Source of the DNA: Hypanus sabinus
Lineage: Eukaryota
Assembly (NCBI RefSeq): GCF_030144855.1
Contig: NC_082727.1
Location: forward strand, 44,516,001 to 44,580,000
DNA length: 64,000 bases
Direction: 5' to 3'
Shown: piece after piece, positions 62,640 to 64,000 of the stretch
Numbering within the stretch: the first letter of the stretch is position 1
Layout of the letters: every line of letters starts with the position of its first letter
Program-made: the position numbers and the translations under genes
The notes under the pieces: generated by a model
Told to the model about the DNA's origin: nothing
Database searches by the model: none
Seen by the model: only the letters and a program-made list of their open reading frames with translations

Positions 62640-62940
62640 GGGGGCCATGGTAGCACAGAGTTTAGCATGACACTATTATAGCTCAGGGCATTCGGAGATC
62701 AGGGTTCAATTCCAGTGTCATCCTGTAAGGAGTCTCAGTAAATCCTCCCTGAGGCATGCGTGCATTTTCTCTGGGTCCTCCGGTTTCCTCCCACAGTCCA
62801 CAGGCGTACAGTGGAGGTTAATAGGTCATTGTAACTTGTCCCGTGAATAGGTTAGGTTAGGGTTAATCGGGTTTTCGGGGTTTGTTGGGACAGCATGGCT
62901 CAAAGTGCCTACTCTGCGATGTATCATTAAAATAAAATGA
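62640..62940 (+). mobile_element. tRNA-derived SINE (HE1-like)
   Basis: GGGGCCATGGTAGCACAG head, B box GGTTCAATTCC, core CTCCGGTTTCCTCCCACAGTCC. Confidence 0.85.
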
Positions 62941-63871
62941 AAGGAAATGCACTAGAACATATGGAGGCAAAGTAAATAAATGCAAAGTATGAGTCCTGTA
63001 TGTTCCACCTAAAAGAAGGTTTAAAAACAACTCTTAAAACATTCTACAGCAATTTAATTGAGGGAGAGTTACATTTGTCGGGCTTTGATGCAAATAAATC
63101 ATCTTCCTGTTTGAAGTGTAATTAGACAGTAAATGATTACTGTACTTTGTAATATTGAAAAGAAGAAACTAATCATTTGCAATCTATTTATTTTTGGTAT
63201 TAACCAGAGGCTGTTCACAGCGCAGAGCAAGTGAAAGGAAACGGCATGGAAGCAAACATTTATTGAATTTGGAGAACGTGAAAGCAAAGCTCAGTTATGA
63301 TCATAAAGGACACGGAAAGTATTCACTGCCTTGAATCAGCTACTGGGTTTCACATACTTAAAACAAGGTATTTATCCATTTGATGGGTTATTTTCAGATG
63401 GGCTGGGCTCACTGAATGTATAAATCATGATCCCAACATATAGTGGAAAATGTTGATATCCATGCCAAAATTTGTATTCCTCTCAGCCTGAAAAGTCTGT
63501 ACAGTAAGAATTTATAACATACTGTTGAATTTGTCCTAACATAACTATATCTATATATGGTGCAAAGAGTGTGTCTGATGGCTTACTTGTTGAATCCCTT
63601 ACTTACTGGTCACAGTACACAAATATGGGATTTCTTTCAGTAAACTGCATGCAATATGCATTACAGTCTCTGTTTTAAACAACTTCATAAAAAGAAAGAA
63701 CAAAATACTGGCTTGCAAACTCCAATACTTCCTTCCCTACACGGTAAAGGATTTAATTATTCAAGATGCTTGAAGCAGATCGGCACATCAGCAATCTCAG
63801 TTCACTTGTCTGTTCCTTTAATCTTGACAACCTGAATAACATTATCCACTTGATGTGAAAAGTTCAGTTAT

Positions 63872-64000
63872 TAGATAGATAGATACTTTATTGATCCCGA
63901 AGGAAATTAGTGTCACAGTAGCATTGCAAGTGCTCAGATATACAAATATTAGAGGAGAAGTAAGAAAGAATAAAAAAAAAGTTACTTCAAACAGTCTAAC
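63872..64000 (-). mobile_element. LINE 3' tail with (TAGA)n, probably Rex-type, running off the window
   Basis: TAGATAGATAGATACTTTATTGATCCC; the minus strand carries AATAAAG followed by (TATC)n. Confidence 0.6.

Overview
This is repeat-dense, eukaryotic, apparently gene-free DNA (intergenic or intronic). The repeat complement points to a cartilaginous fish, probably a batoid; this is inference from HER1/CR1-like LINEs with octamer tails, HE1-like tRNA SINEs, Rex1/Babar LINEs and short Penelope-type modules. I can support no host protein-coding exon, and almost all ORFs in the track are pieces of decayed transposons. Main contents: (1) a decayed BEL/Pao element (~3170-6530, -). (2) Several Rex1/Babar LINEs, one holding an LTR-less chromoviral Gypsy fragment. 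(3) A two-LTR Gypsy element (23237-34467, TSD AGTTA) with four nested LINEs, two of them young. (4) Two solo LTRs and a Tigger-derived non-autonomous transposon. (5) Many CR1 fragments and tRNA SINEs. The most interesting signal is RNA-level: at least seven relic minimal type-I hammerhead ribozymes in short Penelope-like modules, plus a ~430-bp palindromic element with a second hammerhead family on each strand (41907-42340). There is also a bipartite non-coding element with Rex1 5' and 3' ends (20-890). I found no clearly new protein-coding system. All family names come from motif recognition by eye, not database searches, and boundaries of old elements are approximate.
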